DNA of 26,691 nucleotides from Alphaproteobacteria bacterium (GTDB lineage Bacteria; Pseudomonadota; Alphaproteobacteria; Rickettsiales; RI-342): NCBI GenBank assembly GCA_020851915.1, contig JADZBT010000136.1, positions 1 to 26,691 of the forward strand, read 5' to 3'. Shown piece by piece: positions 26,646 to 26,691 of this stretch (position 1 is its first letter; each line of letters starts with the position of its first letter). The notes under the pieces were generated by a model. It saw only the letters and a program-made list of their open reading frames with translations, ran no database searches and was not told where the DNA came from. The position numbers and the translations under genes were made by a program.

Positions 26646-26691
26646 ATCTGTAAAGCATTCCAACGATCCCAGAAGGGATCGTAGGCATTAC

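Noticed and set aside
26664-26681. Hairpin cgatccc-agaa-gggatcg at the window end
   Set aside because: Its context is cut by the window edge, so it cannot be assigned as a terminator or repeat.

Overview
A GC-rich chromosomal region from an alphaproteobacterium, inferred from gene order, RpoH, a CtrA-type box and a PleC/DivJ-like kinase. It is mostly housekeeping: prs-rplY-pth-ychF-aspC; a small membrane protein divergent from rluD-rpoH; mscL-comM; dnaK-dnaJ-dapB; and phoU-gpmI-envC-like-ctpA-yibQ-like-rppH. Accessory genes are a secreted helical orphan, a J-domain-like protein without the HPD motif, an orphan sensor kinase and a 782-aa orphan with a duplicated N-terminal module and several hydrophobic segments. 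No rRNA, tRNA, CRISPR array or transposase was found. The most unusual signal is non-coding. (1) Four gene junctions carry inverted arrays of degenerate 7-bp tandem repeats, in two sequence families, which supply real stop codons or a protein C-terminus. (2) BoxC/REP-like palindromes occur at four sites; two ~130-bp copies bracket the sensor kinase with direct-oriented cores but inverted flanks, and one pair is translated across the gpmI/envC junction. (3) An RPE-like cruciform lies between convergent genes. Two apparent single-base lesions also stand out: an in-frame TAG in rppH and Asp->Val at a Mn ligand of GpmI. Either could be real or a consensus error. All homology calls are from motif recognition only; no searches were run.
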